From an uncultured delta proteobacterium (GTDB lineage Bacteria; Desulfobacterota; RBG-13-43-22), in NCBI GenBank assembly GCA_963843145.1, contig CAWJJC010000022.1:96001-160000 (forward strand): DNA of 64,000 bases. The letters are read 5' to 3'. Below the pieces are notes generated by a model that was not told the DNA's origin, searched no databases, and saw only the letters and a program-made list of their open reading frames with translations. Positions within the stretch are counted from its first letter, which is position 1, and the number at the start of each line of letters is the position of its first letter. This document shows positions 37,691 through 47,107 of this stretch, one piece after another. A program made the translations under genes and the position numbers.

Positions 37691-38656
37691 GTGAAATTTA
37701 CTTTAAAACTGGAGGCGCTTCAAAACCTTTTCTGGCGGATCTATGTGGTTATTGCTATTGTGGCACCGATTGCCTTCCTCCTGGGTTTTTTTAAACCCCA
37801 ACAAGACGGATGGCTGTGGTTAATCTTGTTTGGAGGGGGGTATATCTTATTTTGTTTTTTCCTTTTTTTCTATCTGCAATCGGTTTTTTCTAAAGAAAAT
37901 ATTAGTAAACTGGCGGAGATCAGTTCCATCGCCGAAGACTTGCAGGCGGAAAAACTGGCCTCCCTGGAAACCTTGGTCGCCGGGATCGCCCATGAATTGA
38001 ACAATCCCATCAGTATAATATTAGGTTTCAGCGGCCTTCTCCTGGAAAAAGCGGACCCCGGTAGCCGGGGGTATAAGGATCTAAAAGCGATTGAAAGGCA
38101 AAGTTTAAATTGCCGCCAAATAGTTGAAAATCTTTTAAGTTTTTCCAGGATCCGAGAGGACGCCCGGGGTTTGGTGGATATCAACCAGGTGATTGAACGA
38201 TTGATGCTGGTGGTTGGGCCGGGTCTGAGCGGCCAGGGTATACGCTGGGAGTGTTCTTTAGCCGAAGAACTCCCTTCCGGCCCGGGCAATCCGCAGAAGT
38301 GGCAGCAAATCATCCTCAATCTGGTCAATAATGCCAAAGAGGCCATGCCTTCCGGAGGGCAATTAAAGATTTGGACCGTCCAGCGAAATCAAGAAAAGCG
38401 TATCGAGATCGGATTCCAGGATAGCGGGCGAGGGATAGCCGAACCCTATTTAGGCAGGATTTTTGACCCCTTCTTTACCACCAAAAAAGAAGGACGTGGA
38501 ATTGGTTTGGGCCTTTCCATCACTTATGGTATAATTTCCAATATGGGCGGGACGATTACCTGCCAAAGTAAAATCAAAGATGCTCCGGATCAACCTCAGG
38601 GAACTACCTTCCTTATTTCTATTCCGGTCCCTGAAGGTCATCCGCTGATAGCCTAA
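37691..38656 (+). CDS. Two-TM histidine kinase
   Basis: AHELNNP, NLVNNAKEA, DSGRGI, DPFFTTK, GIGLGL. Confidence 0.93.
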   Translation: MKFTLKLEALQNLFWRIYVVIAIVAPIAFLLGFFKPQQDGWLWLILFGGGYILFCFFLFFYLQSVFSKENISKLAEISSIAEDLQAEKLASLETLVAGIAHELNNPISIILGFSGLLLEKADPGSRGYKDLKAIERQSLNCRQIVENLLSFSRIREDARGLVDINQVIERLMLVVGPGLSGQGIRWECSLAEELPSGPGNPQKWQQIILNLVNNAKEAMPSGGQLKIWTVQRNQEKRIEIGFQDSGRGIAEPYLGRIFDPFFTTKKEGRGIGLGLSITYGIISNMGGTITCQSKIKDAPDQPQGTTFLISIPVPEGHPLIA

Positions 38657-38670
38657 ATTCAAATAACCCA

Positions 38671-40071
38671 ATGGCCGAAAAAATTCTAATCGTCGACGAT
38701 GAGGTCGATATGCTCGATCTTTTAGAGCGGATCATCGAAGATAAGACCCCCTACCAGGTGGTCACCACTGCCGATCCCCTCCAGGTTCCTCAGATCCTGG
38801 ATGAAATGTCAATCGATTTGATGATCACCGATCTGAGGATGCCCGGCCAGAACGGGATCGATCTTCTGGAAACGGTCCATAAAAAACATGAACGCCTCCC
38901 GGTGATGGTCATCACCGCTTACGGCACCATTGAAACGGCCGTCGAGGCTATGCAAAAAGGGGCTTTCAGCTTTATCACCAAACCTTTCAAACAAGAAGAA
39001 ATTTTGTTGTCCGTTGAAAAGGCGCTTGAATACCAGCGATTAAAAAAAGAAAACCTCAGCCTCCAGCGGGAACTGGGGAAAGAAATTAAATATCCCCTCA
39101 TCCTCGGCACGAGCCCGGTGATGGAAAAAGTCTTCGAGCGGATCATTCAAGTGGCCAAGACCTCGGCCACCATATTAATCACCGGGGAATCGGGCACGGG
39201 TAAGGAATTAGCGGCCAAGACCATCCACTATCACAGTTTGCGTCAGGACAACCCCTTTGTGGCCGTCAACTGTTCGGCCATCCCTGAGTCGCTGATTGAG
39301 AGCGAACTCTTTGGTCATCTGAAGGGTTCCTTCACCGGGGCCATTCGTGACAAAAAAGGTTTGGTCGAAGAGGCGGACCGGGGGACTTTTTTTTTAGATG
39401 AAATCGGGGACTTAAACCTGATTATGCAGACCAAGCTGCTCCGCCTCCTGCAGGAGGGGGAATATAAGCCCATTGGGAGTTCTAAAACTTTTACCGCCGA
39501 TATCCGCTTCATCGCCGCTACCAACCAGGATTTGGTCGAAAAAATACGGAAAAGGGAATTCCGAGAAGATTTATACTATCGGCTCAATGTCATCCAATTG
39601 AGACTTCCGCCTTTGAGGGAACGAAAGGAGGATATCCCCCTGCTCGCCAATCATTTCCTGAAGAAATTCGCCCGCCTCAATCAGAAACCCATACAGGGGA
39701 TTTCTACGGAAGGGTTGGACGCGCTGAGTGCGCGGGATTGGCCCGGCAATATTCGGGAGTTAGAAAATGTACTGGAACGGGGGGTTATCCTATCCAGTTC
39801 AGACCAATTGAAAGTCCAGGACCTTTTCCCGGCGGATCATGATTATTCTTTGCCCTTTGATATCGATAAAGATATCTTCCAAGTTCCCTTTAAAGAGGCC
39901 AGAGACAAGCTGATTACCAATTTTCAGGCCGAATATATCCGGCAGTTGTTAGCTAAACATGGGGGCAATGTCTCTTTAGCCGCTAAAGAATGCGGTATAA
40001 AGCGGCCTTACCTGCATCGCCTGATGCGTGAAAGCGCCATTCAATCCAAGTCCTACAGATCATCGGATTAG
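38671..40071 (+). CDS. NtrC-family sigma-54-dependent response regulator
   Basis: REC domain, GESGTGKE, GSFTGA, WPGNIREL, HTH. Confidence 0.95.
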   Translation: MAEKILIVDDEVDMLDLLERIIEDKTPYQVVTTADPLQVPQILDEMSIDLMITDLRMPGQNGIDLLETVHKKHERLPVMVITAYGTIETAVEAMQKGAFSFITKPFKQEEILLSVEKALEYQRLKKENLSLQRELGKEIKYPLILGTSPVMEKVFERIIQVAKTSATILITGESGTGKELAAKTIHYHSLRQDNPFVAVNCSAIPESLIESELFGHLKGSFTGAIRDKKGLVEEADRGTFFLDEIGDLNLIMQTKLLRLLQEGEYKPIGSSKTFTADIRFIAATNQDLVEKIRKREFREDLYYRLNVIQLRLPPLRERKEDIPLLANHFLKKFARLNQKPIQGISTEGLDALSARDWPGNIRELENVLERGVILSSSDQLKVQDLFPADHDYSLPFDIDKDIFQVPFKEARDKLITNFQAEYIRQLLAKHGGNVSLAAKECGIKRPYLHRLMRESAIQSKSYRSSD

Positions 40072-40250
40072 CCGATCCCCGTCACAGAGATGACTATTCC
40101 CCACCTTCGGCCACGTTTTCTAAATAAAAATAGGGTACAGTGTTTCTTCTTAGATACAGCCCCTGTAATTTATTTGGTTCCAAATTCAAAGCTCGGGCCG
40201 AATTTTATAAAAAATAATAATAAATTAAGTTAGTTAAGGTTTATTTTTTT

Positions 40251-40266
40251 TGGCATAAAACTTGAT
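40251..40266 (+). promoter_or_regulatory. Sigma-54-like promoter (GG-N10-GA variant)
   Basis: TGGCAT-AAAAC-TTGAT after an AT-rich tract, downstream of the NtrC-type gene and upstream of TauE. Confidence 0.65.
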
Positions 40267-40439
40267 ATAATACAGGCAGCTTGCCAAACCCTGATTTTTG
40301 CCCTCTTGACCGGATATCCGCCAGGGGTGAAAGGGGAGGGCAATAGGTGGGACTTTAATATTAAAAGGCGCCGATGATTGCAGTAACCGTTGACGCGTTT
40401 CGGTGACATACCTAAAGCGGAACCCAAAGGAGGAGGATC

Positions 40440-41693
40440 ATGAACGTAGGCAGGGAAGTTTTTGAATTTCTAAAGGCCGGAGCCGTCGCCCACGCCAAAT
40501 GGGACTATGAGGTCTCCATGAGTATCCTGAAAAACAGGAAAAAGCTGTTAATCATTCTATCCATGCTGCTTCCCATTTTCGCGGTGGCCATCTGTGAAGG
40601 GGCCGGATTTTTAGGGGGCAAAACGGCCTACGGCCCGGCCCATTACACCACCATGATTTTCCTGGTTTCCATCGCCATTGGTTTATGCGCCGGACTGATC
40701 ACCGGCTGCATCGGCGCCGGGGGCGGCTTCATTATCACGCCGGCCCTGATGGCCGCCGGGGTCAAGGGGATCCTGGCCGTGGGGACCGACCTCTTTCATA
40801 TCTTCGCCAAAGCCATCATGGGGACCGCGGTCCATAAAAAACTGGGAAATGTCTCGGTCAAACTGGCGGTGGCCTTTTTAGTCGGGTCCGGCGCGGGGAC
40901 TTTCATCGGCGGTTACATCAACAAAGCGCTCTATAACATCGATCCCCTGCTGAGCGATACCTTTATCAGCGTCATCTATGCCCTCCTCCTGGGGTTTTTG
41001 GGGGTTTACGCGTTGATGGATTTCATCAAGTCGACGCGCGGTCCGGCCGCTTCCGGAGGAGGCGGCCACGATGCCCACGGCGGACCGTCCGGGGTCACCG
41101 GGACGGCTATTAAGCTCCAGAATTTAAACATTCCCCCCATGATCACTTTTGACGAGGACCTGGGCGGAAGGAAGATCTCCGGGGTAATCGTGGCCCTGGG
41201 CGGGGTGATCGTCGGCATGTTGGCCGCCCTCATGGGGGTCGGCGGCGGGTTTGTGACCTTCCCCTTGTTCGTCTATATCTATGGCGTCTCCTCCATGACC
41301 ACCGTGGGGACCGATATCCTGCAGATTATTTTTACCGCCGGCCTGGCGGCCGTGGCCCAGTATGCTATTTACGGCTATGTCTTTTACACGCTGGCCATGG
41401 GCATGCTGATCGGCTCCCTGATCGGGATCCAGGTGGGGGCCCTGACCACCAAAGTGGTCAAGGGAATCCATATCCGCGGCTTTTACGCCGTATCCATCCT
41501 GGCCGGGTTTATCAACCGGGCGGCTACCCTGCCCAAGAAGCTGACGGAAATGGAAGTGATCAATATTTCCAAACCGGTAGTGAACGCCATCGATTTTGTG
41601 GGGGCCGTGGTCTTCTGGATCGTGGTGGGGGGCTTCGCCCTCTGGGTCTTAAGTAAATTTTTTGGAAATATTAAAGCGTTAAAGGAGGCCTAA
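40440..41693 (+). CDS. TauE/SafE (TSUP) family membrane transporter
   Basis: GCIGAGGGF...AVGTD and LMGVGGGF...TVGTD repeats. Confidence 0.9.
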   Translation: MNVGREVFEFLKAGAVAHAKWDYEVSMSILKNRKKLLIILSMLLPIFAVAICEGAGFLGGKTAYGPAHYTTMIFLVSIAIGLCAGLITGCIGAGGGFIITPALMAAGVKGILAVGTDLFHIFAKAIMGTAVHKKLGNVSVKLAVAFLVGSGAGTFIGGYINKALYNIDPLLSDTFISVIYALLLGFLGVYALMDFIKSTRGPAASGGGGHDAHGGPSGVTGTAIKLQNLNIPPMITFDEDLGGRKISGVIVALGGVIVGMLAALMGVGGGFVTFPLFVYIYGVSSMTTVGTDILQIIFTAGLAAVAQYAIYGYVFYTLAMGMLIGSLIGIQVGALTTKVVKGIHIRGFYAVSILAGFINRAATLPKKLTEMEVINISKPVVNAIDFVGAVVFWIVVGGFALWVLSKFFGNIKALKEA

Positions 41694-41696
41694 CCC

Positions 41697-42422
41697 ATGG
41701 CAGCATCCAAAAAAGGCGCGTTTACGATCGGCCTGCTCATGGCCGTCTCGTTTGGGGTTGTTTTGTTTTTGATGTTTTCCGAAATTTTTCCCGGTCCGGC
41801 CGGCATTAAAGTCAACGGGCTGGATTGGGCGGATGACCTTTTTAATAAACTCTCCAAGGGGTCTTCTTATTTCATCCCCAAGTTGAAGGAGGCCAATCAA
41901 AAATTCATGGGCCGACCCTTCACGGCCACCATTAAAATCCAGAACGCCGAGGAGGCGGACCAGATCAACAAGCTTTTTACCCAGGCCGGCGCCCGGGTAA
42001 ACGTCCAGGGGGAGGCGCTGACCATTGAAGGGGACCTGGGCCAGACTATGGGGGTCATCCTCCGGGATTCGGACGACATGTTCAACAATCAGGGGCAGAA
42101 ATTGGTGGCCCTATACGGTTATGACGAAAAAGAAGTACTGAAAAACTGGTGGACGGCCCTGAGCAAAATGGATAGGTTTTTTAAAAAGAACCTGAAGATC
42201 GAGGAAGCCGATCTGGTTTCGGAAATCTCCAAAAAAGGATTGGAGCCGTCCTATAACTTCTACAAGATTGAGTCCCATAGAGTCTCCGACCGGGTCGGGA
42301 TCATGACCTTTCTGTTGGTTTTTTATGTGTTTTACACCTTGTGGTGGGGCTACGCGATTTTCTACCTCTTTGAAGGGTTCGGCCTGACCATGAAGAAAGC
42401 TAAGGTAAAAAAAGAGGTTTAG
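41697..42422 (+). CDS. Hypothetical two-TM protein partnering TauE
   Basis: FNKLSKGSSYFIP, EPSYNFY, YTLWWGYAI; 3 bp after TauE. Confidence 0.8.
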   Translation: MAASKKGAFTIGLLMAVSFGVVLFLMFSEIFPGPAGIKVNGLDWADDLFNKLSKGSSYFIPKLKEANQKFMGRPFTATIKIQNAEEADQINKLFTQAGARVNVQGEALTIEGDLGQTMGVILRDSDDMFNNQGQKLVALYGYDEKEVLKNWWTALSKMDRFFKKNLKIEEADLVSEISKKGLEPSYNFYKIESHRVSDRVGIMTFLLVFYVFYTLWWGYAIFYLFEGFGLTMKKAKVKKEV

Positions 42423-42555
42423 GCCGGAGAACAGCATATCGGAGCTGGGAATTAGAAGGAAAACAATAAATCCCCTAAACTCCTCCCCCTTGATTCATTT
42501 ATCCAAGGGGGAGGAGAAACAAACCGTTACTGGAGATTACCCGAAGGAGGGAATC

Positions 42556-42984
42556 ATGAAAATATTAGTCCCTGTTGATGGTTCAATAAATTCTCAGGAG
42601 GGGACCCGACTGGCCGGGGACCTGGCTCGGGCTAAAGGGGCGCAGGTAACCCTTTTGGCCGTGGTCTCCGTTTATCCCGTTATTGATCTGGAAATATCGG
42701 CCCGGGCCAGGGAATCTTTGGACAGAAAATTGAGCGCTCAGGCCGAACAGGCCCTTGACCAGGCCAAGGGGGTCTTTGCCGGGCTGACGGTCGAAAGCAT
42801 ACTCCTCAGTTCGAACGACGTGGCCGAAGAAATTGTAACACTGGCTGAAGAGGGGAAATTCGACCTGATTGTCATGGGCAGCCGGGGCTTTAATGCCAGC
42901 GGCAGGTTTTCCGTGGGGGGGACGGCCCTTAAAGTGGCCAGCCATTCCAGGTGTTCGGTGTTGTTGGCTAAAGGGCAGGAATAG
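42556..42984 (+). CDS. Universal stress protein (USP)
   Basis: MKILVPVDGS, DLIVMGSRG, CSVLL; AAGGAGG RBS. Confidence 0.92.
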   Translation: MKILVPVDGSINSQEGTRLAGDLARAKGAQVTLLAVVSVYPVIDLEISARARESLDRKLSAQAEQALDQAKGVFAGLTVESILLSSNDVAEEIVTLAEEGKFDLIVMGSRGFNASGRFSVGGTALKVASHSRCSVLLAKGQE

Positions 42985-43003
42985 AATTTAACCCTGACTC
43001 GTT

Positions 43004-43039
43004 GAGGCGAAAAGAAACCTCGCCGTTTCTTTTCGCCTC
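43004..43039. terminator. Hairpin between convergent genes
   Basis: GAGGCGAAAAGAAAC-CTCGCC-GTTTCTTTTCGCCTC. Confidence 0.65.
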
Positions 43040-43042
43040 TTC

Positions 43043-44146
43043 TTATTGGTCGGTTTCGAAGGCATAATTGCCCCTTAAAAAGGCCTCGGCGTACCAATTC
43101 ACCGTCGATTCATTATTCATGACCATATCCCGCTGCCTGGAGCAGCCCATCAGTCGGCCGATCAAATCCAGCCGGTTTTCTATCATGGTTCGTTCGGCGT
43201 TGTTCAGCCGAGCCTCGATCAAATCTTTGTGGACATCCACCTCAAAATCCAGGCGTTCAAGGACCAGCCCGATAAAACGGGCCCTCCGGGCCCGGCGCAG
43301 GTCGTCGGCCGCCCCCCCCCTGAGCATAAACCGGATATGATTATTCCGGGGATCATCACTCAAGTAAGAAGCCACGGACGTGTAATGGTACCCCAGGCGG
43401 GAGTTATAATTCATATATTCCTTGGCGGCCAAGAGGTAGGTCTTATCCCAGAAATCCTCCTCGGGTCGACTGGAACTCTGGGCCATAATGACCATAAATC
43501 CTTTCAGGTTGACCCCGATGGGACCCGACCAACTAATCCCGGGATAATACATCCCCTGGAACATGGCCCGCACGGGGTCGGAAAGAATTTCGTCTTTTAA
43601 GACCATTTTGTTGTCGGAAGCGCAGACCCCGCCGCCCAGGTCGATCACGTGCAGCTTTATGGGAAGACCCGTCTGAACAGGAGTGGCTTTGATTTTTCTC
43701 AGGTCGTAGAGGTCCATCAGGCAAAACATCTCTTCCACGGCCAGGTCGTGGGCGTATTCCAGAAGCTCCGGCAGGGTCTGATGGTTTCCCCGGCAAAAGG
43801 AATCCGGCATGACGTGTCGGCATTGGGAAAAATCCAAATCTTTAAAAGTCTCTCGATAAATTTTTTCCACCTCTTCCCGGGTCTGGGCCTCCCGGGTTAA
43901 GGCATAGGCTTTGAAAAGCTGGGGTAACTTCTGGTCAAATAATTTACTCAGCAGGTCGATCAACTGGCTGGCCAGATCAATGAACACTCGACTGCCTGCG
44001 GGGGTGTCGGCGGCGAGCAAGTCCGATAATTTTCGACGGACTCGGAGGATTCCCTGGTAATGACCGAAAAAATTTCGAAATTCCTCGGCCAGGGGAAGCA
44101 GGGCGCAGTCTTTAGGTTTAAAAAAACTTTTTAACCAGGTTCTCAA
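43043..44146 (-). CDS. Protein with the C-terminal domain of deltaproteobacterial PEP-synthase-like proteins
   Basis: HVIDLGGG, YMNYNSRLGYHY, FMLRGGAAD..RRARRARFI, RQRDMVM; lacks nucleotide-binding and His-swivel domains. Confidence 0.75.
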   Translation of the reverse strand: MRTWLKSFFKPKDCALLPLAEEFRNFFGHYQGILRVRRKLSDLLAADTPAGSRVFIDLASQLIDLLSKLFDQKLPQLFKAYALTREAQTREEVEKIYRETFKDLDFSQCRHVMPDSFCRGNHQTLPELLEYAHDLAVEEMFCLMDLYDLRKIKATPVQTGLPIKLHVIDLGGGVCASDNKMVLKDEILSDPVRAMFQGMYYPGISWSGPIGVNLKGFMVIMAQSSSRPEEDFWDKTYLLAAKEYMNYNSRLGYHYTSVASYLSDDPRNNHIRFMLRGGAADDLRRARRARFIGLVLERLDFEVDVHKDLIEARLNNAERTMIENRLDLIGRLMGCSRQRDMVMNNESTVNWYAEAFLRGNYAFETDQ

Positions 44147-44254
44147 GGGGGATGGCTCAGATCTGTAAATAAATTATTACCTTCGGAGCTGTCAAAAATC
44201 TCTCGAATGGTATATTATATTAAATTAAACATCAAATCAAAAAAGGATGTTTCT

Positions 44255-44440
44255 ATGGACCCTTGGTCAATCTTGGCCAATCTGGCCTCAGACGGAGACC
44301 CCCGCCAACCCGGATTCCAGGCGCAGGGCTGGTATCTACTTACCAACCTCGTCCTGCCCATCCTGATGGGGGTGATTTTGATTGGTCCGGTCAAATGGCT
44401 TGAAAAAATTTTCAGCCCCAGCCGGGGGGGTCGGGGTTAG
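44255..44440 (+). CDS. Small membrane protein
   Basis: 61 aa with one TM helix; AAGGA RBS. Confidence 0.55.
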   Translation: MDPWSILANLASDGDPRQPGFQAQGWYLLTNLVLPILMGVILIGPVKWLEKIFSPSRGGRG

Positions 44441-44539
44441 ATGGTTGAAATCCGGTCAAAAGCATTATTTCTTAAAGTTTTCCAAATAAAGTCCGATAAA
44501 AGAGACAGGAAATAGGTCTAAGTTAATAAATCAAAACCT

Positions 44540-44628
44540 GTAAAGGGCAAACCATCCGAAAGGGTGGGACGCAAAGCCACTGGCCTAAATGATCTGCAAT
44601 ATGCGGAACAAAGGGTAGCAGGGTTGCC
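44540..44628 (+). ncRNA. Cyclic di-GMP-I (GEMM-I) riboswitch
   Basis: AGGGCAAACCATCCGAAAGGGTGGGACGCAAAGCCACTGGCCTAA...GGTAGCAGGGTTGCC closely matches the Vc2 aptamer. Confidence 0.93.
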
Positions 44629-44690
44629 AGGCGAAGACGGTACCTCTCGGGACTGTTCATCGCTGAACGGCAAAAACGGGAGGTACTGGC

Positions 44691-45531
44691 ATGGCTATTC
44701 AACAACAGAAGGTTCTACCGTCGTTTCCCCTTTCTTTTCCAGCCTTATTCTTAATCGGTGTTCTTTTTCTTCCTGATGCTCGTTCTAGCCGGTCAGGCCC
44801 GGGCCGAACAGGTTTCCTTAGCCTGGGACGCCAACACGGAACCCGACCTGGGTGGATATAAGCTCTATTACGGGACCGCCGCCCAGGCCTATTCCCAAGT
44901 GATTAATGTGGGCAAAAATACCCAGGTGACGGTGAGCAACCTAACCCAGGGAGTCACCTATTTTTTTGCAGTTACCGCCTACAATCTTCAAGGGGCGGAA
45001 AGTGATTATTCCAATGAAATCAATAACACGGTCCTGCGCCAGTACCGATTGACCGTCACCAAAAGAGGGTCCGGCGACGGGATTATCTCCGGGGAAGGGA
45101 TCAACTGCGGCGCGGACTGTGATAAGTGGTATGACGAGGGGACCCCCATAACCCTGACCGCAAACCCGGGACAGGGATCGGTGTTTGTCGGCTGGTCCGG
45201 AGACGACTGTAGTGGGGTGGGGGAGTGTACGATCACTCTGAACGCGGATAAGACCTTGACCGCCGGCCTGGTTTTAGACGGGTATAATTTGACCAAGAAA
45301 AATAGATATATGAAAGGAGGGACCAGGCTTGCCGGAGCCGTTCCCCAAGCTGAACCCATTAGACGGGCGGGAACGATGCTGAATGGCTCCTCAACCGGGG
45401 AGGCGCCCGCCAGTTCCTCGGTTTATGTGATTACTAAAAGAAACGGCCTTCGAGAAAAAAATTCACTTCTCACACAGGGCACACAGGGATTAAAGCAGGA
45501 AGCGGCGTTAAGATTCCGCAACAATTATTAA
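44691..45531 (+). CDS. Secreted fibronectin type III + InlB B-repeat-like protein (probable frameshift in the signal peptide)
   Basis: VSLAWDANTEPDLGGYKLYYG...TYFFAVTAYN..G.ESDYS; LTANPGQGSVFVGWSGDDCSG; GGAGG RBS before ATG 44691, out of frame with ORF 44758. Confidence 0.82.
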
Positions 45532-45533
45532 CA

Positions 45534-45687
45534 GTCTCATAATAGAACCGACTATCTCGAGGTTCTCTTATCGTCATTCCCGCAGCGCATCTGGGCGGGA
45601 ATCCAGCCCGGTCTGGTACGATTCTGGATCCCCGATAAAGACACTCGGGGATGACGGTCGGTGTTTATGTAGAGACAATTATGAGAC
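45534..45687. repeat. MITE-like element (GTCTCATAAT...ATTATGAGAC) enclosing a CGTCAT REP-like element (45572-45656)
   Basis: 10 bp terminal inverted repeat with CGTCATTCCCGC...GCGGGAATCCAG...CTGGATCCCCGA...TCGGGGATGACG inside. Confidence 0.65.
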
Positions 45688-45695
45688 CCTTAATA

Positions 45696-45841
45696 AATGC
45701 CGCGCAAAAAGACTTAAAATGACTTTCTGCTCAATAGGACTCCCCAGCCATTTGACGTGAATTCAATTAATTCTAACCCTATCCCGCGGCGGGGCTTAAT
45801 TTCACCCTTGGTCTGATGACGGCCTTTTTGCGAGTCCGTCA
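45696..45841. repeat. Diverged second copy of the 1275-1433 MITE-like element
   Basis: Colinear with the reverse complement of 1275-1433 (GCAAAAAG, GACTTTCTG, CCAT.G..GTGAA, CGGGGCTTAA, CTTTTTG.GAGTCCGTCA). Confidence 0.7.
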
Positions 45842-46129
45842 CTTTTAAAAGCCCCTTCAATCGGAGAGTTCGTCTCCTAAAGAGACGAAATAATCCCCCC
45901 AAAGAAACGATCCGCCTTTTCACCATTCCTTTACCCAAATCCCCCCCAAATGCCTTTTCACAAAAATATCGATAGAGAAGATTGATTCGGAGTCAATATT
46001 TTGCTATTCTGATGCTTCCTGAAATGGAAATGTTTCAGGTAAGGGCCTTCCTAAAAATAGAAAGAAAAAAAGCAGGCCAAATCCAGAGGTGACCGACTCG
46101 CGAACAGTCCGCGGAAAGGGAAAAGTTTC

Positions 46130-47023
46130 ATGTTTGAGCAATGTCAGCTAAAACTTTTTCCGATGACGGTGCAGGAGGTTTTGTCCGTCATTCCTTTATC
46201 CATCAACCATGCCGAACTTCTTTATCATGAAGGATTGATTTCTTTCCAACCGGAGCCGGCAAAAAAATTGCGTCCAAAGGAACAGGCGGAGCTTTTTTTC
46301 GTAGGGACTTTAGCCAAAAATCCGATCCCTTTAGAGGCGATCAAGTATCTGCTTCAATCCTTGCGACCCCCCTATGCTTATTCTTTTAAGGAAGTTTTTT
46401 TTGACTGGGTTCAAGGAACTTGGGGAGAATTTCCTTCCGGAAGGCAGCCGGAAAAGGAGAGCAAGGAGGGGCGGCTTTCCTTGGATTGGACAGCGGTTTA
46501 TCCCCTGGCCCAACGGGTCTTCACCCTCTGGCCCGGACAGCCTGAATTGATCTGGGTTCGGGAGTCCTGGGGTATGGTCCGGCAAAGCGATCTAGCGGAT
46601 TATGTCGATGATTTCGAGCGCTGGGGAGTGTTGTTTCGATTCCTGGCGCTGGCGGGGATCTATTTCGATTTTTGTCACTTGGCCTGGAATCGGGGAAACC
46701 TGCCTGATTATGAAATCCTGGGAAAGGAACTGGGACTGGGACTGCTCCCGGTGGTGATGCTGTTGGGGCAGGACGCGCTTTTGGAACAGTTCAATGAGGA
46801 GGAAGACCTTTTTCGGATGGGAATGAAATCCCTGGCCGACCAAGCTCGGGTAGAGATCGTTCCCGTCCTGATTCGGGGCTATGGTGGATTAAAGGCCCTT
46901 TACGAGGCTTTTCGCCGGAGCCGGCAGACGGAGCCCTTACCGGCGGAACATGAACAAATTATTCAACTTTCTGAACGGAACGCCTTTCGCTGGCTGGAAG
47001 ATGGCTGTCGGGCTTTCCGCTGA
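46130..47023 (+). CDS. Hypothetical protein
   Basis: 297 aa ORF with a plausible RBS; no recognised motif. Confidence 0.7.
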   Translation: MFEQCQLKLFPMTVQEVLSVIPLSINHAELLYHEGLISFQPEPAKKLRPKEQAELFFVGTLAKNPIPLEAIKYLLQSLRPPYAYSFKEVFFDWVQGTWGEFPSGRQPEKESKEGRLSLDWTAVYPLAQRVFTLWPGQPELIWVRESWGMVRQSDLADYVDDFERWGVLFRFLALAGIYFDFCHLAWNRGNLPDYEILGKELGLGLLPVVMLLGQDALLEQFNEEEDLFRMGMKSLADQARVEIVPVLIRGYGGLKALYEAFRRSRQTEPLPAEHEQIIQLSERNAFRWLEDGCRAFR

Positions 47024-47107
47024 AACAGCCGCGCGATCCAATCGGATCTTGCGGATGAATCTCTTCAGCGGCCACGACGGCCGTTCTCCCCTTCGCCCTC
47101 CTGCCTG

